Below the pieces are notes generated by a model that did no database searches, was not told where the DNA came from, and saw only the letters and a list, made by a program, of their open reading frames with translations. Shown piece by piece: positions 39,749-50,036 of a DNA stretch of 64,000 bases (position 1 is the first letter of the stretch; each line of letters opens with the position of its first letter). Position numbers and translations under genes: made by a program. The stretch is from Longimicrobiales bacterium (GTDB lineage: Bacteria > Gemmatimonadota > Gemmatimonadetes > Longimicrobiales > Gaopeijiaceae): assembly GCA_965238005.1 (NCBI GenBank), contig OZ250165.1, positions 2,272,001 through 2,336,000 on the forward strand. Direction: 5' to 3'.

Positions 39749-40528
39749 TTACGGCGCAGGCATATGGAGGATGGATGTGACGTACCACCCGATGATGGCC
39801 TCTCCCCATCCGTAGGTCACCGCAGCACCCGCCGCCAGGAAGATCCCGAACGGCACGAGCTTGCCGGTCTTGAATGAGATGGGTCCGAAGATCACGGAGC
39901 CCAGGAGCGCCCCCAGAAAGATGGTCAGGAGCACCCCGGGCATCCCCAGAAAGGCCCCGACCATCGACATCATCTTTACGTCCCCACCCCCCATGGCGTC
40001 CTTCTTGAACATCCACTTCCCGACTACCGCGACGCCCCTCAGCAGGGCGAAACCCAGCACGGCTCCGAGCAGAGCCTGAAGCGGGGTCAGCCCGCTCGGG
40101 AGGAACGAGAGAACACCCCCCAGAACCAGGCCGCCCAGTGAGAACTGATCCGGGATGATGTAGAAGCGGGCGTCACTCAGGGAGATCCCGAAGAGAATGG
40201 TCAGGAAGACCGCCCCGCGGAACGCTTCCCCCGAGAGTCCTCCATAAGTGAAAACGCCGGCCCACACCAGGCCAGTCGCGAGCTCCACCAGCGGATACTG
40301 GAGTGAGATCCGCTCCTTACAGGCCCGACAGCGTCCCCTGAGGAAGAAGTAACTCAGGACCGGCAGGTTGTCGTACCAGCGGATGTCGGCGCCGCACGAG
40401 GGGCAGTGCGAGCCAGGGAAGACCACCGACTCGTCCTGCGGCCAGCGGAGGGTGCACACGTTCAAGAACGATCCGATCGTGAGCCCGAAGGCCCCGGCTG
40501 CCACAGAAACCATCCAGGCCTCGATCAA
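39749..40528 (-). CDS. pilD: Prepilin peptidase (A24)
   Basis: IGSFLNV, S.CPSC, GRCRAC, YPLVEL, MGGGDVK, VPFGIFL. Confidence 0.95.
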   Translation of the reverse strand: MIEAWMVSVAAGAFGLTIGSFLNVCTLRWPQDESVVFPGSHCPSCGADIRWYDNLPVLSYFFLRGRCRACKERISLQYPLVELATGLVWAGVFTYGGLSGEAFRGAVFLTILFGISLSDARFYIIPDQFSLGGLVLGGVLSFLPSGLTPLQALLGAVLGFALLRGVAVVGKWMFKKDAMGGGDVKMMSMVGAFLGMPGVLLTIFLGALLGSVIFGPISFKTGKLVPFGIFLAAGAAVTYGWGEAIIGWYVTSILHMPAP

Positions 40529-41310
40529 GGGGTGTCACTCCCGTGCGTTGTGAGGACGTAAAGAAGGATCGAGCCCGCCACTCCAGCGTTCAAGGAGTCC
40601 ACGCCCGCCGCCATGGAGATCGCGACTTTGTGAGCCGCGGAGGCCACGATCTCCGGTCGGAGCCCAGCCCCCTCGTTTCCCACCGCCAGCGCCCAGGGCA
40701 GACTCGGCTCTACCTCGCTAACATCGCGTCCGCTGGGATCCGCGGCCAGAACATCCACGCTCTGACTCACCAGCCAGGGACCGACCTCGGCCCACGGGGC
40801 CCGCACGATGTCCACGTGAAAGCTGGCCCCGGCGGAGGCTCTTACGGCCTTGGCGTTCCAGGGATCCACCGATCCGTCCAGGGCCATAACCGACGAAGCT
40901 CCGAATGCCCTGGCCGCTCGGATGAGCGTTCCGAGGTTCCCGGGATCCTGGATTCCGTCGAGGAGCAGAATTCGTCCACCGGCCAGCGGAGCAAGGTGCA
41001 AGAGTCGCCGTTTCGGCTCCTCACAGACGAGAAGGACTCCTTGCGGATGCTCGGTGTCCGCCATGCGATCCAAGTCGCCATCGTCCATCTCGTCCACGGG
41101 CACTCCCCGATTCGAGATGTCGGCCGCGAGGGCCCTACCGGCCTCAGTGCCGAGTAGCCGCGGAGACCGCACCGCGAATCGGGCCTGCACGTCCGCGGCG
41201 AACGCCTCCCGCACGCAGCGCACCCCCTCCACCAACACGAGCCCCTCCGGGGGCCGGCCCTTGCGGGTCTTCAGGCGCTCGATGAGCAATATCTTGTTCT
41301 TGCTCGGCAT
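40525..41310 (-). CDS. TrmH/SpoU-family RNA methyltransferase
   Basis: DPGNLGTLIR, RASAG, GNEGAG, SLNAGVAG. Confidence 0.93.
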   Translation of the reverse strand: MPSKNKILLIERLKTRKGRPPEGLVLVEGVRCVREAFAADVQARFAVRSPRLLGTEAGRALAADISNRGVPVDEMDDGDLDRMADTEHPQGVLLVCEEPKRRLLHLAPLAGGRILLLDGIQDPGNLGTLIRAARAFGASSVMALDGSVDPWNAKAVRASAGASFHVDIVRAPWAEVGPWLVSQSVDVLAADPSGRDVSEVEPSLPWALAVGNEGAGLRPEIVASAAHKVAISMAAGVDSLNAGVAGSILLYVLTTHGSDTP

Positions 41311-41317
41311 GGGCTCC

Positions 41318-41351
41318 CTCTCGGTGGCTCGCAAACTTCGGAAACGGAACA
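41318..41351. repeat. Right-end fragment of a B-type MITE
   Basis: ctctcggtggctcgcaaacttcggaaacggaaca + CTAG matches about 39060-39097. Confidence 0.8.
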
Positions 41352-41355
41352 CTAG

Positions 41356-41627
41356 TGTGGTGTCCCAGAAGTGTCTCGGCCATTGATCTCGCTGCGCTCG
41401 ATCGTCTCGCGGTCGACTCGGCGCCCACGGCGAGCATGAAGGTCGCTCGGCTCGAGCACCGATGCATCCGGCCCTGCGGTGTTCCTCCTCCTCGGACCAC
41501 GGCCTTCGGCCGCGGTGCCCGCGTTGCTATTCCTCGTCGTCGCGCCTGACCCACGCCTAACGGCGCGGGTACCCCGGATCCGGCGCCTCGGCACTCTCGG
41601 TGGCTCGCGAACTTCTGGGACACCACA
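41356..41627. mobile_element. MITE-like element copy C (272 bp) with perfect 17-bp TIR and CTAG on both sides
   Basis: CTAG 41352-41355, tgtggtgtcccagaagt ... acttctgggacaccaca, CTAG 41628-41631. Confidence 0.9.
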
Positions 41628-41687
41628 CTAGATTGGCCTCGGACCGGTATCAGACACCGAAGGCCGACCCTCGCATCCTTCGACTCA

Positions 41688-42494
41688 ATGGATAACCCAC
41701 CTCCAGTGGCCCTCACAATCGCCGGAAGCGACAGCGGAGGCGGTGCGGGAATACAAGCAGATCTCAAGACCTTTCATGCGTTCGGCGTCTTCGGGTGCAG
41801 CGCCGTCACCGCGGTGACGGCTCAGAACACTCTCGGCGTGGACGCCGTGCACGCCATCCCCGAGGGGGTGGTCCGGGCCCAGATCGACGCCGTGGTCAGC
41901 GACCTCGCACCGGTAGCCGTGAAGACCGGCATGCTCGCCACCGCCGGACTGGTCCACGCGGTGTCCGAGGCAATCCGAGACCATCGCCTCGACAACTACG
42001 TCCTCGATCCGGTGATGGTCTCCACCACCGGCCACCGGCTCCTCGACGAGGACGCGGTTGATGCCATCCGAGGGGAGTTGATCCCGCTGGCCGCCGTGGT
42101 CACACCCAACGTCCACGAGGCCCGGATCCTGACCGAGCGACCCCTGGAGGGGCCTGATGACCTGGAGACCGCAGGTCGGGAGCTCCTCCGGATGGGTGCT
42201 CGGGCGGCCCTCATAAAGGGCGGGCACCTGCGGGGGGATAACGCCGTGGACCTGCTGCTGACGAGCGAAGGTCACCGCGTTTGGTCTCGCCCCCGTCTCG
42301 ACGTGGGAGCCGGTCACGGCACCGGTTGCACTCTGTCGGCGGCCCTCGCCGCGGGCCTGGCACTGGGGCGATCATTGGTCGACGCCACCGACGCTGCGGT
42401 GGACTTCGTAGCCCGTGCCCTCGCGTCGGCACCGGGCCTGGGAGCCGGGCAGGGTCCCATCAACCACTTCGTACCAGCGTTCCCGGAAGACTGA
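41688..42494 (+). CDS. thiD: Hydroxymethylpyrimidine/phosphomethylpyrimidine kinase
   Basis: TIAGSDSGGGAGIQADLKT, KTGML, DPVM, KGGH, HGTGCTLS. Confidence 0.97.
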   Translation: MDNPPPVALTIAGSDSGGGAGIQADLKTFHAFGVFGCSAVTAVTAQNTLGVDAVHAIPEGVVRAQIDAVVSDLAPVAVKTGMLATAGLVHAVSEAIRDHRLDNYVLDPVMVSTTGHRLLDEDAVDAIRGELIPLAAVVTPNVHEARILTERPLEGPDDLETAGRELLRMGARAALIKGGHLRGDNAVDLLLTSEGHRVWSRPRLDVGAGHGTGCTLSAALAAGLALGRSLVDATDAAVDFVARALASAPGLGAGQGPINHFVPAFPED

Positions 42495-42500
42495 GTCGGA

Positions 42501-43340
42501 TCAGTCCAGCGCCCGCAGGACGCCCCTCACGATGGCAGCGAGACGATCGGTCGTCCTCCCGCCCATCTCCAACACCTCGGCGTGGGTGAGGGCTTCGTCC
42601 CCCCCGGACACTCCGGCTGCGGGATTCGTGATGACCGAGAAGCCCAGGACCCGTAGACCCAGCGCCCGTGCGGTGATCACCTCGGGGACGGTGGACATCC
42701 CGACCATGTCAGCGCCCAGAGAGGCAAGCATGCGTACTTCAGCCGGCGTCTCGTAGCTGGGTCCCAGCATCCCGGCATACGTCCCGCGAGCAAGAGGGAT
42801 GCCGAGCTCGAGTGCTGCCTCGAGGGCCAGCTCCTGCAGTGTGGCGTCGTAGGGCCGGCTCATGTCCGGAAAGCGTCCCTCGCCATCACGGACCGGACCC
42901 GCCAAGGGACTCCTGTGCATGAAGTTGATGTGGTCGTCCAGGAGAACCAGGCTTCCCGACGTCAGGCTGGGGTGGACTCCTCCGGCGGCGTTGGTGACGA
43001 CCATCATGCCGATGCCCAGCGAGGCGGCGATACGTATGGGAGCCACCACCACGTCCATCGCGTGACCCTCGTAGGAGTGGAAGCGCCCGACCTGCGCCAG
43101 TATACGCTTCCCCTCGAGGCGGCCGCAGACGTACCGGCCCGCGTGCCCGGCTACACCGGTGGCGGGATAACCCGGTACCTCGCTGAACTCCATGGTCACC
43201 GGGTCCTCGATGACATCCCCGAGGCCGGCGAGCCCGGAGCCAAGTACCACGAGGACCTCTGGCTCCCCGTCGATGCGTGCCCGGAGCGCCTCAGCCGCCT
43301 GGGGGACGCTCAAGGGTCTGGGTTCGGTGGCCGTGCTCAA
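42501..43340 (-). CDS. punA: Purine-nucleoside phosphorylase (trimeric type)
   Basis: LGSGL, GHAG, GRFHSYEG, TNAAGG, GPSYET.AE, VGMSTVPE; TTG start overlaps the upstream stop. Confidence 0.93.
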   Translation of the reverse strand: MSTATEPRPLSVPQAAEALRARIDGEPEVLVVLGSGLAGLGDVIEDPVTMEFSEVPGYPATGVAGHAGRYVCGRLEGKRILAQVGRFHSYEGHAMDVVVAPIRIAASLGIGMMVVTNAAGGVHPSLTSGSLVLLDDHINFMHRSPLAGPVRDGEGRFPDMSRPYDATLQELALEAALELGIPLARGTYAGMLGPSYETPAEVRMLASLGADMVGMSTVPEVITARALGLRVLGFSVITNPAAGVSGGDEALTHAEVLEMGGRTTDRLAAIVRGVLRALD

Positions 43341-44860
43341 ATCAGCATCCCCGCCACCGTAGCCGTCATGAACGCGGCTATGGTGCCGCCGATCATGGCG
43401 CGGAGCCCGATTCGGGCGAGATCGTCCTTGCGGGACGGGGCGATCCCTCCGATCCCCCCGATCTGGATGGCGATGGACGAGAAGTTGGCGAACCCGGACA
43501 GCGCGTACGTGGCGATGATGATCGATCTCGGCTGGAGGTTGGGTCCCTGTGCCAGCGTGGACGCCAGCTGAAGGTAGGCAAAGAACTCGTTCAGAGCTGT
43601 CTTCATGCCGAGGAGAGCCCCCACCTCGGCCGCGTCCACCCAGGCTACGCCCATGAGCCAAGCGATGGGTGAAAGCAACCACCCGAGGATGGCCTGGAGG
43701 GACAGACTCTCCACCCCCACCAGGCCACCGAGCAACCCGAGAATGCCGTCGATCATGAACACGAGGGCGACGAAGGCCAGCAGCATGGCCCCTACGTTGA
43801 GGGCCAGGTGGAGCCCTTCGGATGCACCGCGGGCGGCGGCGCCGATGACGTTCGGGTCCGGACGTTTCACCTTTAGCTTGAGAGTCCCCGACGTCTCGGG
43901 CTCTTCCGTCTCCGGATACATGAGCTTCGCCACCACGAGGGCCGCCGGCGCAGACATGACGGATGCCGCCATGAGATGCCCCGCGATGTCAGGGAAGAAG
44001 GCGACCAGCATCCCCACATAGGCGGCCAGAACTCCCCCCGCCACCGTCGCGAACCCACCGGTCATCACCGCCATGATCTCCGAGCGGGTCATCCGGTCGA
44101 TGAAGGGCTTGATGAGAAGGGGCGCCTCGGTCTGGCCCACGAAGATGTTCCCCGCCGCAGACAGCGTCTCGGCTCCCGACGTGCGCATGGTCCGCTGCAT
44201 GACCCACGCGAAGCCCTTCACCACCACCTGCATGATCCCGAGGTGGTAGAGCACGGTCATGAGAGATGAAAAGAAGATGATGGTGGGAAGAACGTTGAAG
44301 GCGAAGAGCGCCCCGGTGTTGGCCACCTGTCCCTGGGCCGGCTGGAACACCCCCTGCCCCGCCGGGCCGGCTGGACCCTGACCGACGGGCACGTTGTCCC
44401 AGACCAGATTCCCGAAGATGAAGCTGGCGCCGTCCACGGTGAAGCCGAGGAGGGCCATCACCACCCGATTGAGGCCATCGAAGACGAGCCCCCCCGCAGG
44501 AGTCTTGAGGATGAAGACCGCGAAGAGCAGCTGGAGCGCCAAGCCCCAGATCACCACCCTCCAGTGAACGGTCTTACGGTCGGTGCTGAGCAGCCAGGCG
44601 ATGAGCCCGAGAACGAGCAATCCCAGCAGAGACCTGGCCCGGTCCACCAGTGGAGTGTCCAGGTCACGGCCGATGGGCGAGATCTGAAGCGGGGCGGTGA
44701 CCGCGGTTTCAGGGGCGGAGACGGGTACGACGGCGGCACGTGCGGCACCCGCCGCCTCATTGGGATCGATGTCCGAATTGCCGGCCATCGTGGCCCCGGT
44801 CAAGAGGAGCATGGCCGCAGCAGTCCATAAGAAGAGGATGCCCCCGGAGGGCCGCTTCAT
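43337..44860 (-). CDS. nupC: Concentrative nucleoside transporter (NupC/CNT family)
   Basis: FAFNVLPTIIFFS, NIFVGQTEAPL, MTGGFATVAG, NEF.AY, GFANFSSI. Confidence 0.93.
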   Translation of the reverse strand: MKRPSGGILFLWTAAAMLLLTGATMAGNSDIDPNEAAGAARAAVVPVSAPETAVTAPLQISPIGRDLDTPLVDRARSLLGLLVLGLIAWLLSTDRKTVHWRVVIWGLALQLLFAVFILKTPAGGLVFDGLNRVVMALLGFTVDGASFIFGNLVWDNVPVGQGPAGPAGQGVFQPAQGQVANTGALFAFNVLPTIIFFSSLMTVLYHLGIMQVVVKGFAWVMQRTMRTSGAETLSAAGNIFVGQTEAPLLIKPFIDRMTRSEIMAVMTGGFATVAGGVLAAYVGMLVAFFPDIAGHLMAASVMSAPAALVVAKLMYPETEEPETSGTLKLKVKRPDPNVIGAAARGASEGLHLALNVGAMLLAFVALVFMIDGILGLLGGLVGVESLSLQAILGWLLSPIAWLMGVAWVDAAEVGALLGMKTALNEFFAYLQLASTLAQGPNLQPRSIIIATYALSGFANFSSIAIQIGGIGGIAPSRKDDLARIGLRAMIGGTIAAFMTATVAGMLI

Positions 44861-44934
44861 CGCCTCGGCTCCTGTTCGTCTTGTGAGTTGCGCCACCACA
44901 TGGCCGTCAAGCGGCCCCAACGGTAACGATCTAG

Positions 44935-45094
44935 TGTTCCGTTGCCAAAGTTCGCGAGCCACAAAGAGGGCCGGGGCGCCGTGGGGTCAAGGCGGGACGA
45001 CGCGGCGTAGCGCAAGCTACGGTAAGGAGTCCCAACGCCGAGCCCACGGATGCACCGTGCCCTCGACTGGCCGAGACACTTTGGTAACAGGACA
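44935..45094. mobile_element. MITE-like element copy D1 (160 bp), flanked by CTAG
   Basis: CTAG 44931-44934, tgttccgttgccaaagt ... actttggtaacaggaca, CTAG 45095-45098. Confidence 0.88.
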
Positions 45095-45098
45095 CTAG

Positions 45099-45175
45099 TG
45101 TTCCGTTGCCAAAGTTCGCGAGCCACAAAGAGGGCCGGGGCGCCGTGGGGTCAAGGCGGGACGACGCGGCGTAGC
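45099..45175. repeat. Truncated tandem copy D2 of the same element
   Basis: Identical to 44935-45011. Confidence 0.88.
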
Positions 45176-45187
45176 CAGCCGGGTGGG

Positions 45188-45958
45188 TCAGAACCAACCT
45201 CGGTAAGGGATCTCGTGGACGTCCAGCTTGACGCGCTTCCGCTTCGCCTCCACGAGCCGCCGGCTGCGGAACAGCGGGATGAGGATGACCCCCGCTACGA
45301 ACCCGGCGATATGGGCCCAGAAGGCGACGCCCCCACTCGCCCCGGGTGGCTGCAGCAGGGTGGAGAGGACCTGAAACCCGAACCACAGGCCCAGCATGAT
45401 GAATGCCGGCAGCTCGATCACCCGCACGAAGATTATGAACCAGAACGCCGTGGCGACCCGGGCTCTGGGATAGAGGACCATGTAGGCGCCCATGATGCCG
45501 CTCACGGCCCCCGAGCCGCCCACCGTGGGAATGGGTGAGCTCGGGTCGGAGGCGACATGACCCAGGCCGGCCACGGCTCCGATGAGGAGGTAGAAGATCA
45601 GGAACCGGAGGTGGCCCATGGAGTCCTCCACGTTGTTCCCGAAGATCCACAGGAACCACATGTTGCCGAGGATGTGCATCCAACCGCCGTGCAGGAACAC
45701 GGACGTCAGCAGCGCGTGCCAGGTGAGACCGCCCAGGCGGCAGACCACGTCGGGGCCCAGACGCACCCCGGCGCCCGGTGCAGCCTGTCCGGTGATCTCC
45801 GCCGGGATCATCCCCAACGCGCAGATCGAGGCGTCGAGGGATCCCGGAGACAACCCCGCTCCCTGCACGTAGACCCAGACGAAGACCGTGGCAGCGATGA
45901 GACCCAGGGTGAAGATCGGGAAGATCTCCGTGGGGTTGTCGTCGTAGATGGGAAACAC
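45188..45958 (-). CDS. Rhomboid-family intramembrane serine protease
   Basis: [36 protein letters not shown] before GTG. Confidence 0.94.
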   Translation of the reverse strand: MFPIYDDNPTEIFPIFTLGLIAATVFVWVYVQGAGLSPGSLDASICALGMIPAEITGQAAPGAGVRLGPDVVCRLGGLTWHALLTSVFLHGGWMHILGNMWFLWIFGNNVEDSMGHLRFLIFYLLIGAVAGLGHVASDPSSPIPTVGGSGAVSGIMGAYMVLYPRARVATAFWFIIFVRVIELPAFIMLGLWFGFQVLSTLLQPPGASGGVAFWAHIAGFVAGVILIPLFRSRRLVEAKRKRVKLDVHEIPYRGWF

Positions 45959-45974
45959 GGGCTCCTCCGCAATA

Positions 45975-46017
45975 TGCCATTTTGGCAGGATACTACCGGA
46001 AAGGCGCCAGTTTGGCG
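45975..46017. promoter_or_regulatory. Two palindromic GCCA-N3-TGGC boxes, 30 bp apart, upstream of dnaK
   Basis: tgccattttggca (45975-45987) and cgccagtttggcg (46005-46017). Confidence 0.55.
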
Positions 46018-46036
46018 GCTTTTTGAGCCCCGCACT

Positions 46037-46052
46037 GGGCATGATCATTGCA
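46037..46052 (+). promoter_or_regulatory. sigma54 -24/-12 promoter of dnaK
   Basis: gGGCATGATCATTGCA versus consensus TGGCACG-N4-TTGCW; GG-N10-GC spacing exact. Confidence 0.65.
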
Positions 46053-46130
46053 CATGCCGTGCCAGGAGAATACACAACGGACCCCAATTGGGGCCCATCA
46101 CATACTCGTCAGGCGCGTAAAGGAGCAGAC

Positions 46131-48056
46131 ATGGGAAAGGTAATCGGCATCGACCTGGGGACCACCAACTCGGTAGTCGCCGTCATGGAGGGGGGCGAGC
46201 CCGTCGTCATCCCCAACTCGGAGGGTGGACGCACCACGCCGTCCGTGGTGGCCTTCACGAAGGATGGTGAGCGTCTCGTAGGTCAGGTGGCGCGCCGACA
46301 GGCCATCACCAATCCGGAGAACACCATCTTCTCCATCAAGCGGTTCATGGGCCGCAAGGGCTCCGAGGTGACCGAAGAGCAGAAGCTGGTCCCCTATGCC
46401 GTCGAGACCGACTCCAAGGGCCGCGTTCAGGTGAAGGTCCCCAACGCAGACAAGACGTTCACACCCCCCGAGATCTCGGCCATGATCCTGCAGAAGATGA
46501 GGCAGACCGCCGAGGATTACCTGGGGACGAAGGTCGAGCAGGCCGTGATCACGGTGCCGGCCTACTTCAATGACGCCCAGCGGCAGGCCACGAAGGACGC
46601 CGGGAAGATCGCCGGCCTAGATGTACTTCGCATCATCAACGAGCCCACCGCCGCCGCTCTGGCGTACGGGCTGGACAAGAAGGCCGACGAAAAGATCGCC
46701 GTGTTCGATCTCGGAGGTGGGACGTACGACATCTCCGTCCTCGAGTTGGGGGACGGCGTCTTCGAGGTGAAGTCCACCAACGGTGACACCCACCTGGGTG
46801 GTGACGACTTCGACCAGAAGATCATCAACTGGCTCGTTGCCGAGTTCAAAAAGGACCACGGGATCGACCTCTCCCAGGACGCCATGGCTCTCCAGCGCCT
46901 CAAGGAGGCGTCCGAGAAGGCCAAGATGGAGCTGTCCTCGACGCAACAGACCGACATCAACCTCCCGTTCATCACAGCCACACAGGAGGGCCCCAAGCAC
47001 CTGAACTACGCGCTGACCCGGGCCAAGCTCGAGCAGCTCGTGGACGATCTCGTCGAGCGCACCATCCCGCCCATGAAGACGGCTCTCGAGGATGCAGGGC
47101 TCGACCCGTCGGAGATCGACGAGGTCATCCTGGTGGGTGGCTCCACCCGGATCCCTAAGATCCAGGAAATCGTCACCGAGTTCTTCGGGAAGGACCCCCA
47201 CAAGGGCGTAAACCCCGACGAGGTCGTGGGCGTGGGAGCCTCCATCCAGGGAGGCGTTCTGGCCGGCGACGTGACGGACGTGCTGCTACTGGACGTGACG
47301 CCGCTGTCACTGGGGATCGAGACGCTCGGCGACGTCATGACCGCGCTGATCAGCCGGAACACGACCATCCCTACTGAGAAGGCCGAGATCTTCTCCACGG
47401 CGGAGGACAATCAGACCACCGTGGAGATCCACGTGCTCCAGGGCGAGCGCAAGATGGCCGTCGACAACAAGACCATCGGGAAGTTCCAGCTCACCGGCAT
47501 TCCGCCGGCTCCTCGGGGCATGCCGCAGGTGGAGGTCACCTTCGACATCGACGCGAACGGAATCCTCCACGTCTCGGCCAAGGACAACGCCACGGGCAAG
47601 GAGCAGAAGATCCGCATCGAAGCGTCCAGCGGACTCAGCGACACTGAAATCGACAAGATGGTGAAGGACGCTGAGACGCACGCGGACGAAGACGAGGAGC
47701 GGCGAGAGAAGGTCGAGGCCCGCAACCAGCTCGACTCCCTGGTCTACCAGGTGGAGAAGGACTCCGAGGAGTGGGGTGATCAGGTCTCCGAGGGCACGAA
47801 GGAGCGCCTCGATCAGGCCGTGGAGGCCGGCAAGGAAGCCCTCAAGGGCGACGACGCAGCGAAGTTCAACTCGGCGCGGGACGAGCTGATGCAGGCCTTC
47901 AGCGCCGCCGGGCAGGAGATGTACCAGTCCCAGGCCGCCGAAGCCGAGCCTGCCGATGAAGGCGAGGGCGACGCGACCGAGGCCGATGCCGCCGAGAGCA
48001 CCGAGGAGGAGGAAGAGGTCGTCGAGGCCGACTACGAGATCGTCGACGAAGGATAG
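46131..48056 (+). CDS. dnaK: Chaperone DnaK
   Basis: [42 protein letters not shown] before ATG 46131. Confidence 0.99.
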   Translation: MGKVIGIDLGTTNSVVAVMEGGEPVVIPNSEGGRTTPSVVAFTKDGERLVGQVARRQAITNPENTIFSIKRFMGRKGSEVTEEQKLVPYAVETDSKGRVQVKVPNADKTFTPPEISAMILQKMRQTAEDYLGTKVEQAVITVPAYFNDAQRQATKDAGKIAGLDVLRIINEPTAAALAYGLDKKADEKIAVFDLGGGTYDISVLELGDGVFEVKSTNGDTHLGGDDFDQKIINWLVAEFKKDHGIDLSQDAMALQRLKEASEKAKMELSSTQQTDINLPFITATQEGPKHLNYALTRAKLEQLVDDLVERTIPPMKTALEDAGLDPSEIDEVILVGGSTRIPKIQEIVTEFFGKDPHKGVNPDEVVGVGASIQGGVLAGDVTDVLLLDVTPLSLGIETLGDVMTALISRNTTIPTEKAEIFSTAEDNQTTVEIHVLQGERKMAVDNKTIGKFQLTGIPPAPRGMPQVEVTFDIDANGILHVSAKDNATGKEQKIRIEASSGLSDTEIDKMVKDAETHADEDEERREKVEARNQLDSLVYQVEKDSEEWGDQVSEGTKERLDQAVEAGKEALKGDDAAKFNSARDELMQAFSAAGQEMYQSQAAEAEPADEGEGDATEADAAESTEEEEEVVEADYEIVDEG

Positions 48057-48203
48057 CGGTCGCCGACCGGCTTCGCGTCCGAGACAAGTGTAGAAGGGCG
48101 CCGGGTGCACTAGGCGGATCGTCGTGTCCGTCTCCAGGGTAGTACGAGCCGGCGTGTCGGTAGGCGTCACGCAATCGATATCGGAAGTGAGGAATTACCT
48201 GAC

Positions 48204-49751
48204 ATGTATGATCCTCTTCGTGCAAAGATGAAGATCGTTTTCTACGCGGCGGTGGCCTCCCTGTTCGGGCTGGGCATCGCCTCTGCACTCGGGTGGACGG
48301 GCGTGACGCACTCGATGCCGGTCATCGATACCCAGTCACAGATCCCGGTGGAAGCCGTCCAGCCCGCCATGGATCTCAGCGACGCATTCGTCAGCGTCGC
48401 CGAGACGGTGACTCCTGCGGTGGTGCGGATCGAGGCGCGGAGACAGGTCCAGCTCTCCCAACAGCCGCCCAGCCGACTGTTCCGGAACTTCCCTGAGCAG
48501 GATCAGCGGGATCGGCCCGACCAAGTGTCGGGTGGAAGCGGGTTCATCGTCTCGAACGACGGATACATCCTCACCAACAACCACGTCGTCGCCGACGCGA
48601 GCACCCTGACCGTGTTCCTCCAGGACAGACGGTCCTTCCCGGCCACGCTGGTGGGGCGGGATCCGTTCACGGACGTGGCGGTCATCAAGATCAACGCGGA
48701 CGGCCTCACCAAGTTGAGCCTCGGAAGCTCCGACGAGCTCCGTGTGGGCGAGTGGATCGTGGCCATCGGCAATCCGGGGTTCGGCGGCACGAGCCGTCCC
48801 CTGGACTACACGGTGACGGTAGGCATCGTCAGCGCTCTCGGCCGGCCTCTGCAGCTGCTTCAGCGCGAGCTTGCACAGGATGAGGAGACGGCCGGCAATC
48901 AGGGATTCGCCATCGAGGACTTCATCCAGACGGACGCCGTGATCAACCCGGGTAATTCGGGCGGCCCGATGGTAAACCTCCGGGGTCAGGTGGTAGGCAT
49001 CAACTCGGCCATCGCTAGCAGGACGGGGTATTATCAAGGTTACGGCTTCGCCATCCCCATCGACCTGGCCTATCGGGTCATGGAGGATCTGGTCGAGTAC
49101 GGGCAAGTGCGCAGGGCCTTGCTGGGCATAGGCATGAGGGGCGTCGACGCCATCTCGGCCGAGAGCTACGGCCTGCTCACCGTCTCCGGGGTGGAGGTGA
49201 CCACGATCACCGGAGGTGGTCCGGCTGAGGAGTACGGGCTCAAGCTCTACGACGTCATCGTGGCCATCGACGATCAACCTATCGGCCGGGTCGGCCAGCT
49301 GCAGCAGAGCATCGCACGCAAGCATCCGGGCGATTGGATCGGCGTGACGGTCTATCGCGACCGTCGTCGTTTGACGATCAACGTGCGCCTCGGTGAGGCT
49401 CCTTTGAGCAGCGAGCCTGCCACCATTGCCGCCGCACCGGTGCGTGACGAAGGGCAGATGGACGACAAGCTCGGCCTGCGCATCGAGAATATGACGCGCG
49501 AGCACGCTTCGGACTATGGCTTCCGCGAGGTCGACGGTGCGGTCATTACCGACGCCCAGGTGAACGGCCCCGCCTTTCGGAGGGGGTTGAGGGAAGGCTA
49601 CAAAGTGCTGGAGATCAACCGGCGGCCGCTCGGCAGTGCCGCAGACGTAAGGCGTATCATGGACGACGTGGACCGCGGGGACATCGTCACTGTCCGTGTG
49701 GTGACTGCCAACGGTCAGCAGCAGGTGATCCACGTGCGCATTCCCGACTAG
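48204..49751 (+). CDS. degP: HtrA/DegP-family serine protease with two PDZ domains
   Basis: GSGF, TNNHVV, TDVAV, QTDAVINPGNSGG. Confidence 0.92.
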   Translation: MYDPLRAKMKIVFYAAVASLFGLGIASALGWTGVTHSMPVIDTQSQIPVEAVQPAMDLSDAFVSVAETVTPAVVRIEARRQVQLSQQPPSRLFRNFPEQDQRDRPDQVSGGSGFIVSNDGYILTNNHVVADASTLTVFLQDRRSFPATLVGRDPFTDVAVIKINADGLTKLSLGSSDELRVGEWIVAIGNPGFGGTSRPLDYTVTVGIVSALGRPLQLLQRELAQDEETAGNQGFAIEDFIQTDAVINPGNSGGPMVNLRGQVVGINSAIASRTGYYQGYGFAIPIDLAYRVMEDLVEYGQVRRALLGIGMRGVDAISAESYGLLTVSGVEVTTITGGGPAEEYGLKLYDVIVAIDDQPIGRVGQLQQSIARKHPGDWIGVTVYRDRRRLTINVRLGEAPLSSEPATIAAAPVRDEGQMDDKLGLRIENMTREHASDYGFREVDGAVITDAQVNGPAFRRGLREGYKVLEINRRPLGSAADVRRIMDDVDRGDIVTVRVVTANGQQQVIHVRIPD

Positions 49752-49780
49752 CGCCGACTGTAACGGACTCGGATGAGAGA

Positions 49781-49815
49781 GGCGCGTCGCCCCCGGGTGG
49801 CGCGCCCTTCCTTTG
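49781..49815 (+). terminator. Possible terminator hairpin after degP
   Basis: ggcgcgtcgccc / gggtggcgcgcc stem followed by cttccttt (weak U tract). Confidence 0.4.
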
Positions 49816-49832
49816 CCCAAGAGGCTTATCTG

Positions 49833-49861
49833 TTGATGGCGTTTTCGGGCTCGGTTATCTT
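49833..49861 (+). promoter_or_regulatory. sigma70-type promoter upstream of tRNA-Leu/tig operon
   Basis: TTGATG-N17-TATCTT in an AT-rich patch. Confidence 0.5.
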
Positions 49862-49903
49862 TTTCTAATCCAGCATAATGCCCGATGTTCGGCGAGATTA
49901 CTG

Positions 49904-49987
49904 GCGAAAGTGGCGGAACTGGTAGACGCGCAGGATTTAGGATCCTGTGGCTTTAATGCCGTGGGGGTTCGAGTCCCCCCTTTCGCA
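49904..49987 (+). tRNA. tRNA-Leu (anticodon TAG); CCA not encoded
   Basis: GCGAAAG/CTTTCGC acceptor stem, TGGCGGAACTGGTAGACGC D-arm, CAGGA-TTTAGGA-TCCTG anticodon arm, long variable arm, GGTTCGAGTCC. Confidence 0.97.
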
Positions 49988-50036
49988 TTGAGCTTTCGGA
50001 ATCGATGCCGATTCTTTCGTGAGGGATTGAGCATAG

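Noticed and set aside
41632..41687. TPP riboswitch before thiD (or thiE)
   Set aside because: Leaders are too short and lack the CTGAGA/ACCTGA motifs
44931..45175. CRISPR array or integron cassette array
   Set aside because: Repeats are long TIR-bounded units with no unique spacers or cassette ORFs; no cas or integrase genes in the window
45960..46130. CIRCE/HrcA operator at dnaK
   Set aside because: No TTAGCACTC-N9-GAGTGCTAA
49904..50036. Genomic island integrated at tRNA-Leu
   Set aside because: No duplicated tRNA 3' end or integrase; tig follows directly
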